From Dimorphilus gyrociliatus (lineage: Eukaryota; Animalia; Annelida), in NCBI GenBank assembly GCA_904063045.1, contig CAJFCJ010000011.1, positions 620,001 to 684,000 of the forward strand: a stretch of 64,000 bases of DNA, in the 5' to 3' direction. The notes beneath the pieces were generated by a model. The model was not told the DNA's origin and made no database searches. It saw only the letters and a program-made list of their open reading frames with translations. The position numbers and the translations under genes are program-made. Shown here piece after piece: positions 36,969-48,859 of this stretch; positions within the stretch are counted from its first letter, which is position 1, and each line of letters starts with the position of its first letter.

Positions 36969-37631
36969 ATGCTTCGTCAAGTTTTCAACTTACCTCTTCA
37001 TTTTACTAAAAATAAAGGATTAAGAATAATGAAGCATTTTCCAGCACAAATTCATACGACTTCTTGCATGTCACTGATGGAAAAGGTTGTTAAAGGGAAA
37101 AAGAAATTCATCAAACAAGTGATGTCAGAAAAAGAATCCCAAGATATCGAAGATAATGATACTGAAGAAGAACTTAGTGCAGTAAATGATTTTTCTTTCC
37201 CTGGTCATGAAGAATATGGATTTTCAATTCCAACCATGCAAACTCACGAAACGTTGGTCAACGACATTAAATATCGCGATTTGCCGATCGTTCACATTCA
37301 ATCAACGAAAAATAACACTATAATGACATGCCTCGATGGGGATCACCAACCAGGAGTCCATGGTTTAATAAATTCCTGCGGCAGAGAGGGTTTTCGAAGT
37401 GCGAAAAAAAGTACTACTGTTGCAGCACAAGCAACTGGTATGAGTTTGGGTGCCAAAATGATTAGAAAAGGCTATAAAGATATTCGGGTTAGAGTTCGAG
37501 GAACTGGTGCAGGAAGATTTCCATCAATCAAGGGACTAGAGATGTCTGGCTTGAATATTATGTCGATAACAGATGCAACTTACTATGGGACTATGGGTTA
37601 CAAAAAGCCTCGAAAGCAAAGACGTGTCTAA
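36969..37631 (+). CDS. MRPS11: Mitochondrial ribosomal protein uS11m, intronless
   Basis: IVHIQSTKNNTIMT..SCGREGFRSAKKSTTVAAQ..RVRVRGTGAGRFPSIKGL..ITD is the S11 signature; N-terminal presequence-like extension. Confidence 0.93.
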   Translation: MLRQVFNLPLHFTKNKGLRIMKHFPAQIHTTSCMSLMEKVVKGKKKFIKQVMSEKESQDIEDNDTEEELSAVNDFSFPGHEEYGFSIPTMQTHETLVNDIKYRDLPIVHIQSTKNNTIMTCLDGDHQPGVHGLINSCGREGFRSAKKSTTVAAQATGMSLGAKMIRKGYKDIRVRVRGTGAGRFPSIKGLEMSGLNIMSITDATYYGTMGYKKPRKQRRV

Positions 37632-37713
37632 ATGTGTCTAAATATATATTAATAAATTATATTGCTTTATATTTATTATTTAAAATTGTTAATTGCAAGT
37701 ACACAATTATTTG

Positions 37714-37727
37714 TCGCTAGGTGGCGA
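37714..37727 (+). promoter_or_regulatory. CTCF-like motif TCGCTAGGTGGCGA between MRPS11 and TTC8
   Basis: Close match to the CTCF core (ccrsyAGRKGGCr). Confidence 0.5.
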
Positions 37728-37819
37728 TCTACCGAGTAAACGGTTAACAACTCTGACAATTTTGCAAACATTCCAACATTCGAATTTTTCGAGGGATAAA
37801 ATTATTTTGATTCTCATTG

Positions 37820-40240
37820 ATGGACCCCCTATTCCTCGCAATAAGTCTTTATCGAAGACGCAAACTGGAAGAATGTGTAGAATTATGCACTCAGTTATTA
37901 GACAAAAATCCCTATGATCAGGTAATCTTGGGTGAACAATAAATCATCAATCACTGTCATATGTCTATCAATATCCGTGTGCTGACGTTTTAATTTACAC
38001 CCTTTGTGTAGGCAACGTGGTCTCTGAAAACGAAAGCCCTTACAGAGCAAGTCTATGTTGATGAAATTGAAGTTGACGAAGAAGGTATTTCAGAGCTTAT
38101 GATGGACGATAATGCTATTGCAACAGTAGCTCGACCAGGAACCTCATTTCAAAGACCGGCAACAAACAGCGGTGGTCCTAGTCCGAATGTCAGGTTAGCC
38201 TTCTAATAACTCAATAACGAAAGCTTTTGATGGAATATAAAAACAGACCAACTACTCAATCTGGAAGACCAGTTACAGGTTTTACAAGACCTGGAACTCA
38301 ATCTGGTAGACCAGGAACAATGGAGCAAGCGCTAAAAACTCCAAGAACTGCTCATACAGCCAGGCCTGTAACAAGTGCCTCAGGGAGATATGTACGACTA
38401 GGAACGGTAATCATATTTCTTTGATAAATTAAATTAGACTTTAGACAAAAAAAACTTTAGGCTTCTATGCTATCAACTGCTGATGGACCTTTTATTAACG
38501 TTTCACGGTTAAATCTTAACAAATACGCAAGTCGACCAAACCTGGCGAAGACCCTATTCGAATATATCTTTCATCATGAAAACGACGTTCGCACGGTAGG
38601 ACTCGTAGATCAAAATAGGCGTAGCCGAGGGCGTTAATCAATTCTTTTAAAAATAAACATTGTTAAGGCTTTGGATTTGGCGGCAGCTGCCACTGAAGCA
38701 GCTCAGTATAAGGACTGGTGGTGGAAAGTTCAAATCGGAAAGTGCTATTACAGATTGGGCTTATTCAGAGATGCGGAGAAGCAATTCAAATCAGCATTGA
38801 AGCAGCAAGAGACGTTAGATATTTATTTATATTTGTGCAAGGTCTATGTGAAACTCGATCAACCACTTGCCGCCATCGAAGTGTACAAGGAGGGTTTGGA
38901 GAAGTTTGCCGAGGAGAGTTCTTTATTGACCGGAATAGCTAGAATATACGAGGTTAGCGTTTGAGGACGTAATTCAATAATGCTTTCGGTCTATACATTG
39001 TGTCGCTTCTCTTTGTAGGGTTTGAACGACATGGAAAATTCGATAAAGTTTTATAAAAACGTTCTAAAATCGGATAATATGAGTGTAGAAGCAATTGCTT
39101 CTATAGCGACCCATTACTTCTATACTGATCAGCCGGAAGTAGCCTTGAAGTTTTACAGGCGTCTCTTGCAAATGGGAGTTTCGAACGCCGAAATGTATAA
39201 CAATCTTGGGCTCTGCTGTTTCTTTGCTCAACAGTATGACATGGTTTTGACATGTTTTGAGAGAGCTCTGTCTCTAGCAAATGATGAAAATGTAGCGGAC
39301 GTTTGGTACAATATCGGTCACGTAGCTCTGGTTTGTGTTTTCTGCTATTCTGATATTAACTGTTTTACGTTTACTATACACGATACAATTACACTATATA
39401 TATTCAGAAATTTACCCACATCATAATTCCAATTATTGCCTTAGGGTATTGGGGACATGAGTTTGGCGTATCAGTGCTTTCGATTAACCCTTGCGAATAA
39501 TAACGATCATGCAGAAGCCTATAACAATCTTGGTGTATTAGAAATGAAAAAGGGTAGAATAGAACAGGTAAATTTTGTCCTTAATTTTTGAAATTTTATT
39601 TTCTTAGAAAACTGCTGTCAAGAATGACAGAATAGGTATTTCTGAGACATGGCCAATAAGATAATAATTTTAGAAATGCACAGAATTAATATTCTTGATA
39701 TTTTCAACATTGTTAGGACATAACAGATAAGCATTCTTTCCTTTTCAGGCCAGGGCCTTCTTTCAAGCCTCATTCAACCTCACCCCTCATATGTTCGAAC
39801 CGCATTTTAACTTTGCCATCTTATCTGATAAGGTAAGAAATTGATTGCTACCATATGTCGTCGTATTTTCGATTCTCCTTCGATGTCCGAAACAAAGGAG
39901 CAAATAATAATAATTATTGTCTGAACTCCCAACGACCGTTGACGCTTCCGTAATGGCAGCCTTTGAAGTTAACCGACCGTATTGTCATTACTCGTCACCG
40001 GAGAAAACTTGAAAACAATGAACAATTAAGCATCTGCAGTTTTCTCATATACCTGCCGCTGCGAAAGCGACATGTGATTTCATTTTGCTACCGTTATAAT
40101 AAATCTTTTTATTTACCTTCCAGATCGGGGATCTACAGCACAGCTACAATTCTGTTAGACGCTCACTCGAAGCATTTCCGGAGCATACGGATTCAAAAGA
40201 GTTGTTTAAAGTACTTAGGGAACAATTCGCAACATTATAA
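37820..40240 (+). CDS. TTC8: Tetratricopeptide repeat protein 8 (BBSome subunit BBS8), multi-exon
   Basis: MDPLFLAISLYRRRK..KNPYDQ, RPGTQSGRPGTMEQALKTPRTAHTARPVTSASGRYVRLGT, YKDWWWKVQIGKCYYRLG and last exon IGDLQHSY..AFPEHTDS are near-identical to BBS8. Confidence 0.97.
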
Positions 40241-40712
40241 AATCATTTGCCTTATAACTAAAAAAACTTAATCTCAAGCCGTCCTTTATTTCTTATTGAG
40301 AATAAAAATAAAAGCTCAAAATGTGATATTTTGTTTTGCAAAAAGTGTTCGCACCGTCATGTTGCTATAGTTCAAATACCATTCCAAGTAAAAAAGTACG
40401 CGCCATTATTGCGGATCGGACGATTATTGGATAAATTTTGTCACGTGATCCAAAACATAAAAGGCAACGTAGCAGAGCGGCGCAGAGGCGAACTAGCGAG
40501 CGTTGCTATCGGTTAAGGTCGGATCGAAACTGCTTTTCCCCCTTCTTTCTCTGTTTCTTGATTCGTGTCTGGATTAAACTCTACTTCAAGAAGATTTTAA
40601 AAGGATGCTTATTTGAAGAAGAAGCTAATTTGTGTGTTTTATTTATATCTAGCCATTTTCTTCATAAATCTATCGATAATCGGAAATAGGCCTGTTCAAT
40701 TGTTCAATATTG

Positions 40713-43700
40713 ATGGCGAATTCAGCTGGAATTATGGCGGATGGTGTAAGGGCGGATGGTTCCTGGGAACTTCATGTTCAAGTTGATGATGTTCCTCTCA
40801 GGGAGCTTGGATCTACTGACCCTTCTACAAGTGTCGACAAAAAGATACGTGTTAGAGGAGACCAACAGATCGGCAGCGTTATGAGCAAGATAACAGAATC
40901 TGTATCGGGTGAGTTGTATAGCGAATATACTACCCGGCATGTGTTCACCATCTGCCTTTCGGCCGCTTTTTTCTAAACATTCCCTTGAGGTTTTATACGA
41001 CGAAGTGTAGAAGGTGGAAATGTCACCAACAGTGCGAAAACTGTTGTCCAACATTACATAACTTAGGCAATTTTCCCTTCGCTTTTCTTTCTTTTTCGTC
41101 TGTGTACTAAATAGAGAAGGAAAGACGAACTTTTGTGTGTGGTCACTTATAATGAATGCAAAGTCTGTTTACAGCGTGTACAAAACCTTCTTTGTCATTT
41201 TAACTATTTCACACGAGGATAGTACAAGCTTCCCGCTGATTTATTCTCATTTACATATCCTTACCCATTTCCGATTGAGATATATTCATATTGTGCGCCT
41301 ATTATTTAGACAAATGCCATGCGTTTTTATAGATATGTGCCATATTAAAAACTGTATGCCAGTATATTCCTTACTTATTTCAATATATTCATAAGCTAAA
41401 TCGTAAGGACTTTTTGAATGTAGATGAGGTATAATATGTATAAATTGTATATAGTGGAGGCGCCAGCAAGCCCTATTGGCTGGTTTCAATTGTAAACGCA
41501 AATGTTTGCTTTGCTGTTTAATTGTGTGCAGAAACTAAGCGAGATACCTCAAATTTCTATATTTATTTATTAAGAAATAATCGAAAATCAATAAGTCAAA
41601 GGACATTTATAAATTGCTTTTATTGACATTAATATCTGTATATCTTTTGCCGATTGTTTTTATTATTCTATTATGCATTCCAAAAGCGTTGGGCGTATAA
41701 CGAGTTTATGACCTTTTTAACCTATGTGTTTAAAATGTCGGATGACCCGGAACAGTTTCACTGTCCAGGTGTTTCAGTATTATCATTATCGCTCAAAATA
41801 TTAGTCATACAAACAATCTTATCTTTAAGTTACGTTCATTTTATGGCAGACTTGTTTTATAACATGTATCATTCAATACTAGTTTTTCCAGATATTTTTA
41901 GGGTCTGTACAAAATACGCCGAGTACTATATTTACGAACAAACTAAACAAACAGCAAACGTGATGCTGCACTCCCCCGACCTGAATTCTTGCCTACTTGG
42001 GATCACTAGGCCTATTTCACAAAGCGGAAATGAAGTTTGGTCTCTTAATGATTGGCATCGTCTAATTTGACATGGCTTAACCGCTTTCTGTCATCTTTTG
42101 AAATTGCTGTACCATATTTCCACGGTTCGCTGTTACCAGCCAAATATGTATGAAATAAAAATTCAGAAGTTTCCTGAATTATGCGATTACCGCACAATCG
42201 TAATAGTTTGTACATATAATTACGCACCACAGATGTTAAATTGCCATTCCTCTATTGTCCGTCGGCTATCCCAGAGAATCAATATTCAAATCACGAACTA
42301 CGAGAACGCAGTTGGAAAAACACTACGATTTTTTCATATTTGAAGTAATTGTTTATAAAAGCTGAGGCCAGTGTCGTGGGGCCGATAAACCTTTTAGGGC
42401 ATTTCCGGTAACGAATCGACGTTGACCCGCCAGCAGCGTTCCGTTGAGTTGATGCTTAATGACATCAAGCTCATTCGTTGGAAATATTTAGCCTATAATA
42501 TACACAGTGTAATGCAGGCCGCTTTATCAAATTAGCTGAGCTATCAACAATCCTTCAGCAAACCGGATCGATGACGTAAATAAATTATTATAGAATACAC
42601 TTAAAAGCAATATATCATTCGTCCGCTCCCTTGCGGACATGGAACAAGAGACGCCACCATGTTAAAAAGACACAAAAGGAACAAAAGTCTTTCTTTATCT
42701 ATTTTAGATTATCAGATATGGAAATAAAAAAAACGTGTCCCCTCCCCTCCTTCAGCCACTTAACTGCCAAAAAAATTGGACATAAATACAACAACAAGCA
42801 AAGGCACGGTACTCGTCTTGACAGTTTTGACAAACTTCCGCCCCAATGACTCGCTACGTTTTCCAATAAATGGAAAATTGTATCGTTTTGTAGGGAGTTT
42901 TGTTTGCAAAAAAGCGCTCAATATATGCGGAGAGTATTTTTCTGTCGGTTTTAGCAAATACAATAGGCTAACATTCCGTTGTTCAAAAAAGAGAAATCCA
43001 CCCATCATCCCTATTTCTCAGAGCCCAACGGGGTAGTATAAATATAATTTAGTTGATCGGATTCCAACTCTGATGCTAAGTTATGAATGAAAGATTAATG
43101 GTGGCGCCCAAATCGCCTTTGTGTCCTCTATGATTATGTAATCGATTTCTCATTGCGTGACGCGAGGAATATTAACAGATTAGTTGATTAGGTCACAGAC
43201 TCCCTTTGTTTGTTCACGTAGAATTAGCTGTCGCTCACCTTTGACACTCGTTCAGAATTATTAAGCGCATTTAGACGCTCTGGCGTCCTCTCTTTGTCAT
43301 CTTCGGTTAATGAGTACGGGCGTCAGTCAGACCACATTAACAACAGAGATTGTTAAAGGCGTCACGGAAATGCTCGTGCGAAATTTCAACGCCCAATTCC
43401 TGAATTTGCGCTAATTCATCGTAGCGGTCGATAAATAATAGCATCTCAGTTACATCATAATTTCGTACCCAGATGATTGAACGTCTATAACGCCTTGCCA
43501 GGCCAACAGCTAGTCAGTATTAATCTAATTCCTCACTCAGTGCTTAATGAGCCGTAGGAGACGCCTCAAGGGAGGGCGTCGAGAGATACTTGCGACGCTA
43601 CTTTCTAATCAGCCTCCCCACAAAACGTTGCTTGATCAAATATTACGTAAAGGCGAAGGTCAGGTGATCTCTAATGGGCAAAGTAAAAATATCAACTTTT

Positions 43701-46700
43701 GTGTAAGCAAAGACTGGAGGATGAAAAATGAAACCATGTGAATTACATAACTACCATTCAGTCTTTTTCTGCCATAAATATTGAGGAAAAACGTCTACAT
43801 TCTTCTTTTGTACATTGCAGTCCTTAGGGAAAATCTTCTATTGATCAAGTTATAATACAATGCCACTTTCTGCCGTTCTTGCTTGATTTAGGACGATCTA
43901 GGCGCTGCGTTTAGACGCCTAGGGACGTTAAGCTTTCAGCGGGTCAAGGCCATTTTCTGCGAATATTTTATTCATGCTGTTTATCACCTATTTATTATAG
44001 ATACTAACTCGTTTTACCTGTTATTCATCAATCGACAAAATAAAATTTTCCAACTAGTCACGATATCATACAATGTTCAGCTGCTTAAGTCATTATCCCA
44101 ATCGACCACCACTTTTTAGTTCTTTACAATAATAGCATGAATATTATTTCTCTCTCTTTGAAATAGGCGCGGAAGAAAACAGAGTATGTTTGTATGAATA
44201 AATATGGATTATACATAGCCATGTCGAAAATATTTGCCCATTTATTAGTTGGTGTGTATTTACAATGGAAATGACTTTTTCGACGCCCTGTTTGTTCAAC
44301 ACGGACGGGTAATATTTCTTAGTCTTTGTTTTGTGTACCAGAAGACGAATCGATTCATAAATATCGTATTGCCTCTTTTGTTATCTTTGGCAAACTTTCG
44401 ATCATGTTTTTGTTGATTTTGGCGTGGCTAACTTATCAATTAATTCACAGATTACGTAATTTCACAGTGTTTCTCCAACATTGGGCCTGAGATCAGGAGG
44501 GTGTTGCTCAGCTGTTAGGGAAGGTATTTTTTTAAGCCAATGCAGCAGCATTCCAAACAGTCTAGTGCTGTATAGAGAGAGTTGAGTATTTGACCTAATT
44601 CTAATAATCTTCGAGGCATCGTATTGATGTGTACGCAAAAAGAGAATAAATAAAAAAAATAGAAAAAAAAACAAGAAATTTCCGATCGATTCCTGTTTGA
44701 CGCATGTGTTGTATACTTGTATTTAAGTTTATATAGTGTGGATTTATTTGGACTGTAAGGATAATACTGAAATGAAAGGCGTTGGAGCGGAACGCCCCGA
44801 AAATTTTCGATTGATGTGAATGCAGTTAGTTAGTCGTGGGAATATTTGTCGTATTCGCAATGCGGCCATTTGGAAGAGCTATAAAAGGAAAAGACAGCAG
44901 AAAAAACGCAAAATGAAGGTTTGATGAACGACGCAGATGTCCTGCAGTCGTGCGGAACTCGCGTCTAGCGATAAGTTGATTGAGTATGTGATTTTCTAAG
45001 TGCTGTCCGCTGTCCAGCTCCGTCGATTGATAAGCATTTAATGAGATTTTGCAGAGTATATACTTTGCAGTCGCACGGCGTCGACGCTAACGACTAGGCG
45101 ATGCGCTATAGTGACGCTTAGAAGGATCAATTGATTTGTTTACGGGCTTTACTCCTTTAGTGCCTTCAATCGTATCAATGCTATATAACCGCAAAGACTT
45201 TTACAATTGTTGTTCGGAAAAATGGTATCGTTTGTCGCTGCGACCTTTGAACTAGGCGGAAAAAAATTCCACAGTGTATTTTTTGTCTTCTCGGCACGTT
45301 CTGTTTGCTGATCTAGTGTATACGATTGGAATTTCGTGCTATGATACCTCACTATAGGCCGACTAAATATATATTCTTGTAATAAATAATGTATACAGTA
45401 TATAAGAAAACTATCCATAGATATAAATCGTTGGAATATTTGCATATAAACTGGATTTTTACTAGCTGATTCGCAATATTTTACCAATTTTTCTTATACG
45501 ACGTCTAATCGCCAATTATCATGTAAATTATTGCCGTCGATTGCACTCAAAACTGCGGGTTGTTTACCAATTAACCACTAAACATGTCCTTACCCGTACT
45601 TTAACTTTATCGTATTCTGAATCTTTTATTTTGTTATACAGATATAGTTCAAAAAGATTGGTCTTGCTACCGGCTATGGTGGCCAGAAAAAAAGTTATGG
45701 CTGAAAAAAACGAGATCTACTTTGGATCAATGTGGTGTTTTATCCACATCGAAATTGGAATTTACTCCAGCGTACAAGTCAATCTACGTTCAATTGCCAG
45801 ATTTGCAACAACGTGAACTGACCGTTGATTTTAGTATGGACGTTTTCGAAGTCATAATTGACTTGTGCAAGCGCTTCAGTAAGTTTTAAATTGAAATTAA
45901 GTAACAGTTTTAATTTAGTACTGCTGTTCTATTATAAAATTAGAATTCTGTTTACAAGAAAACAGGCTGTTTAGCATCATTTTTTTGACAGTTTTAGGCA
46001 ACACCCAACATTTAACTACTTTCAGTAGGCCCACAGTTAGCTTGTTCAAGGTATACTACTCATAAAAAGTTAAAATCTATACCGTTTAAAAACAGTTTAT
46101 TTGTTCTGAAGAGAGAATTATAGCTATATTGCATCAATCGGACGGCAATTGTCAATATTTAACTGCTCTTTTTGCCATTTATATTTATGACTTTTCTATT
46201 AAAGAAAAAGTAACAAGAAAAAGGTTGTCCTTCCTTTAGGAACGGATAAAACTTACAAGTGCAACATTCGAAAGATTTTGAGTGCTTCTCAGCTGTAAGC
46301 AACCGCGACCTTTTGCCCTTTATTTCCTTTAGATGACAGTTTTATATATGACTTTGGATTACATTAGTCTTCTTATCAGTAAAGAGTAGAAATTTTTGCT
46401 CTAGTTTTCATTTAAAGGATATAAGAGCCCTCAAAATACACATAGTAAATATATATAGAAATAGGTTTCGTAGATATTATGTATGCATAGGGCGAATTCT
46501 AAATTTAAGATGAATATTTGTCTTGTGCCCAAAGCATTTTGCACGTGGTAAACATTTACTTAGTCTTAGAAAAAAATTTACGCCTACATATAGCGGCGGA
46601 GTATTGGATTTCAGCTTTCCCCAATTAATCCTATGAGTAATTATTGAAATTGTTCTCTATTAACTTAATTAACTGTATAGTTGAACCATTACGTAGGCAA

Positions 46701-48859
46701 TTCAATCCATCAGCCATACTGGAAAGCGATTATCCTCATTGCTTTTTCAGAAATTCGACACCCGGAAGAACTTTCGTTATCAAGGAAATTAGACAAAGAA
46801 GAGCTTCGCCGCAATCAAGGTATTTCAGCTACAAGAAGACAAGCACTTGGAAATCATTCCCTAAATGGTCACTACATGAGCCACTCTAGTTTGGATAACT
46901 TAGCCAGCCCAAAATTTAATGGAGTAGGATCACCTAATACGCCACAAGTAATACAAGTAGTGCCATCTGCAAGCTGTCAGTTTTTTAAAAAGAGATATTT
47001 GTCCTACAGGGCACATTACGACCGCCTCCTTCACCATACCCATTTTCTACAATTGCTTCTCATAACAATTCTTCCCTACTTAACGGTTCTTTACACAGCT
47101 TGTCATTCGAATTGGACGAAAAATCCTTCACGAATAGTCCACAAGAATTAGATGTCCAAGCAACGCTGCGAGGCTTAAACAGGCCTAGAAACCTGTCTGA
47201 AAAGGCTCGAATAAATGCTGGTTGGTTGGATTCTTGTCGATCCTTAATGGAACAGGATATCGACAGAGGTACTTTACTTCTGCTTCGATTTAAATATGCT
47301 TCATACTACGATCTGAATCCTAAGGTTCGTATTTATTATTTTTTTTTAATGTCTTTTTTTTTAAAACAAACATGTTATATTTGATTTTTTTGAATACAGT
47401 ATGATTCAGTACGAGTCAATCAATTATTTGAACAAGCTAGATGGTCACTTCTAACAGAAACAATTGATTGTACTGAAGAAGATATGGTATTATTTGCAGC
47501 TTTAAATGTAAGTTAGAAATAGCCTAATCTGGTGAAATGATAAGTTTTATATTTTAATTTTTTCAATATAGCATCATATATATTCGAAAGCAAGGAGGGG
47601 AGAGACTGATTTTGTTGACGGAGAAAACAATGTTGATAATGTTGACTCGATGTTGGACGAATTAGAGGTTTATCTAAATCTTTGAGCGTTTCAAGCGACG
47701 TGTAATTTAAAAAATTCTTTTATAGAGTGCTCTTGCGGGAACACACGGACTCAATACTTCGATTGTTATCGAACACGTTCCGGAATTATGCAGTCAACTG
47801 CAATATGTCACAAATAAGTAAGCCTTGTTAAATATTATGAACTACAGATGGCACCACGCGAATAACAAATAATTTTTTAAATAATCGATAGACCAAAAAA
47901 ATCCTTGTTACCGGACTTGTCAAAAAAGAGGAAACAAACTAGCTTTTTCCACTTGAAAGAAAAGACTTTAAGTGCATACAAACGGCGAGAAGATAAAGAC
48001 GTCACAAATCCGTCGTGGTCGGTTGATTTGGACGAATGTGAAGTTAGGGAAGAAGTGAATCTCAGCACGAGACTCTTCGTTATTCGGTTATTCACTTCAT
48101 TAGGTTCTGATGGATTTTCTGAATTATGTCTACACTGCGATAGCGTGAGTAATGCTTCTAGGTAAAACCTTAAAATATTAAAGCGTCATACCTTTGTAGC
48201 AAGAACAATTCAAAGATTGGGTGACAGCCTGTAAATTAGCCTCTCGAGGAAAAACGATGGCTGATTGTTCCTACCAGTTGGAAAAAGACGCTCTACAAAA
48301 AAAGCTCGACATGCTAACTTTCGAAACGTCTTCTCCTACTGAGCGCCTGTCAAGCGCCGAAATGTACGTCTCTCCAAAGTATATGAAGAAACACAAGTCG
48401 GGAATTATTTCGAAAATATCGGCTGTGTGTAGTAATAGTAAATTAAATAAAATGAGCATAAATGAAGCTAAGATGCAATATCTAAAACTATGGCAAGACC
48501 TACCTGAACAGCCTTTGACCTATTTTATAGTTCGTTTCGATGGATCGAAAAAGGAGGAGCTGTTAGCGATCGCTGCCGATAAAATAGTGAGAATGGATCT
48601 AATAAATGGGTCTGTCATTCAAAAATGGCCTTTCAAAAATATGAATCGTTGGCACGTAAATTGGCAAACAAAACAAGTTTGTATTGAATTTAGAGAAAAA
48701 ACGAGAGAAAATACCGTCAAATTTTACTGTTTAACTGCTGACTGTAAAACTGTTCATGAATTTATCGGTGGATATATTTTCGTGGGGATGAGGTCGGCAG
48801 ATAAAAGCCAAACTCTGGATAAAAGTAAATTTTATAAATTAACTGCTGGAAGAGAGTGA
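40713..48859 (+). CDS. FERMT: Kindlin/fermitin family FERM-PH protein; exons 40713-40908, 45642-45878, then 46751 onward (several)
   Basis: F0 [18 protein letters not shown]. Exon 2 (absent from the ORF track in this frame) reads DWS..LWWP..WL..TLDQCGV..FTP..VQLPD..VDFS. Then [22 protein letters not shown] domain, [13 protein letters not shown] and F3 [18 protein letters not shown]. Confidence 0.95.

Noticed and set aside
37632-37819. RFX X-box expected upstream of ciliary gene TTC8 (also sought upstream of UBXN10)
   Set aside because: Only half-sites found by eye; no 14-bp consensus I can support. A PWM scan would settle it.
39963-40271. 102-aa ORF at the TTC8 3' end
   Set aside because: Starts inside an intron and overlaps the true last exon in another frame.
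41137-45487. Numerous 60-138 aa ORFs in kindlin intron 1 (possible nested gene or transposase)
   Set aside because: No recognisable domain, no coherent splice chain, and composition typical of chance ORFs.
44880-45641. Alternative coding first exon of kindlin after the internal TATA
   Set aside because: The available ATG/donor combinations are phase 2, whereas exon 2 needs phase 1, so no productive frame was found.
45541-45816. 91-aa ORF in the ORF track
   Set aside because: Wrong frame; the real kindlin exon 2 (45642-45878) is in a different frame.
48640-48665. Integrin-binding QW motif appears as RW
   Set aside because: Invertebrate kindlins commonly vary at the Q position while keeping W; not distinctive.
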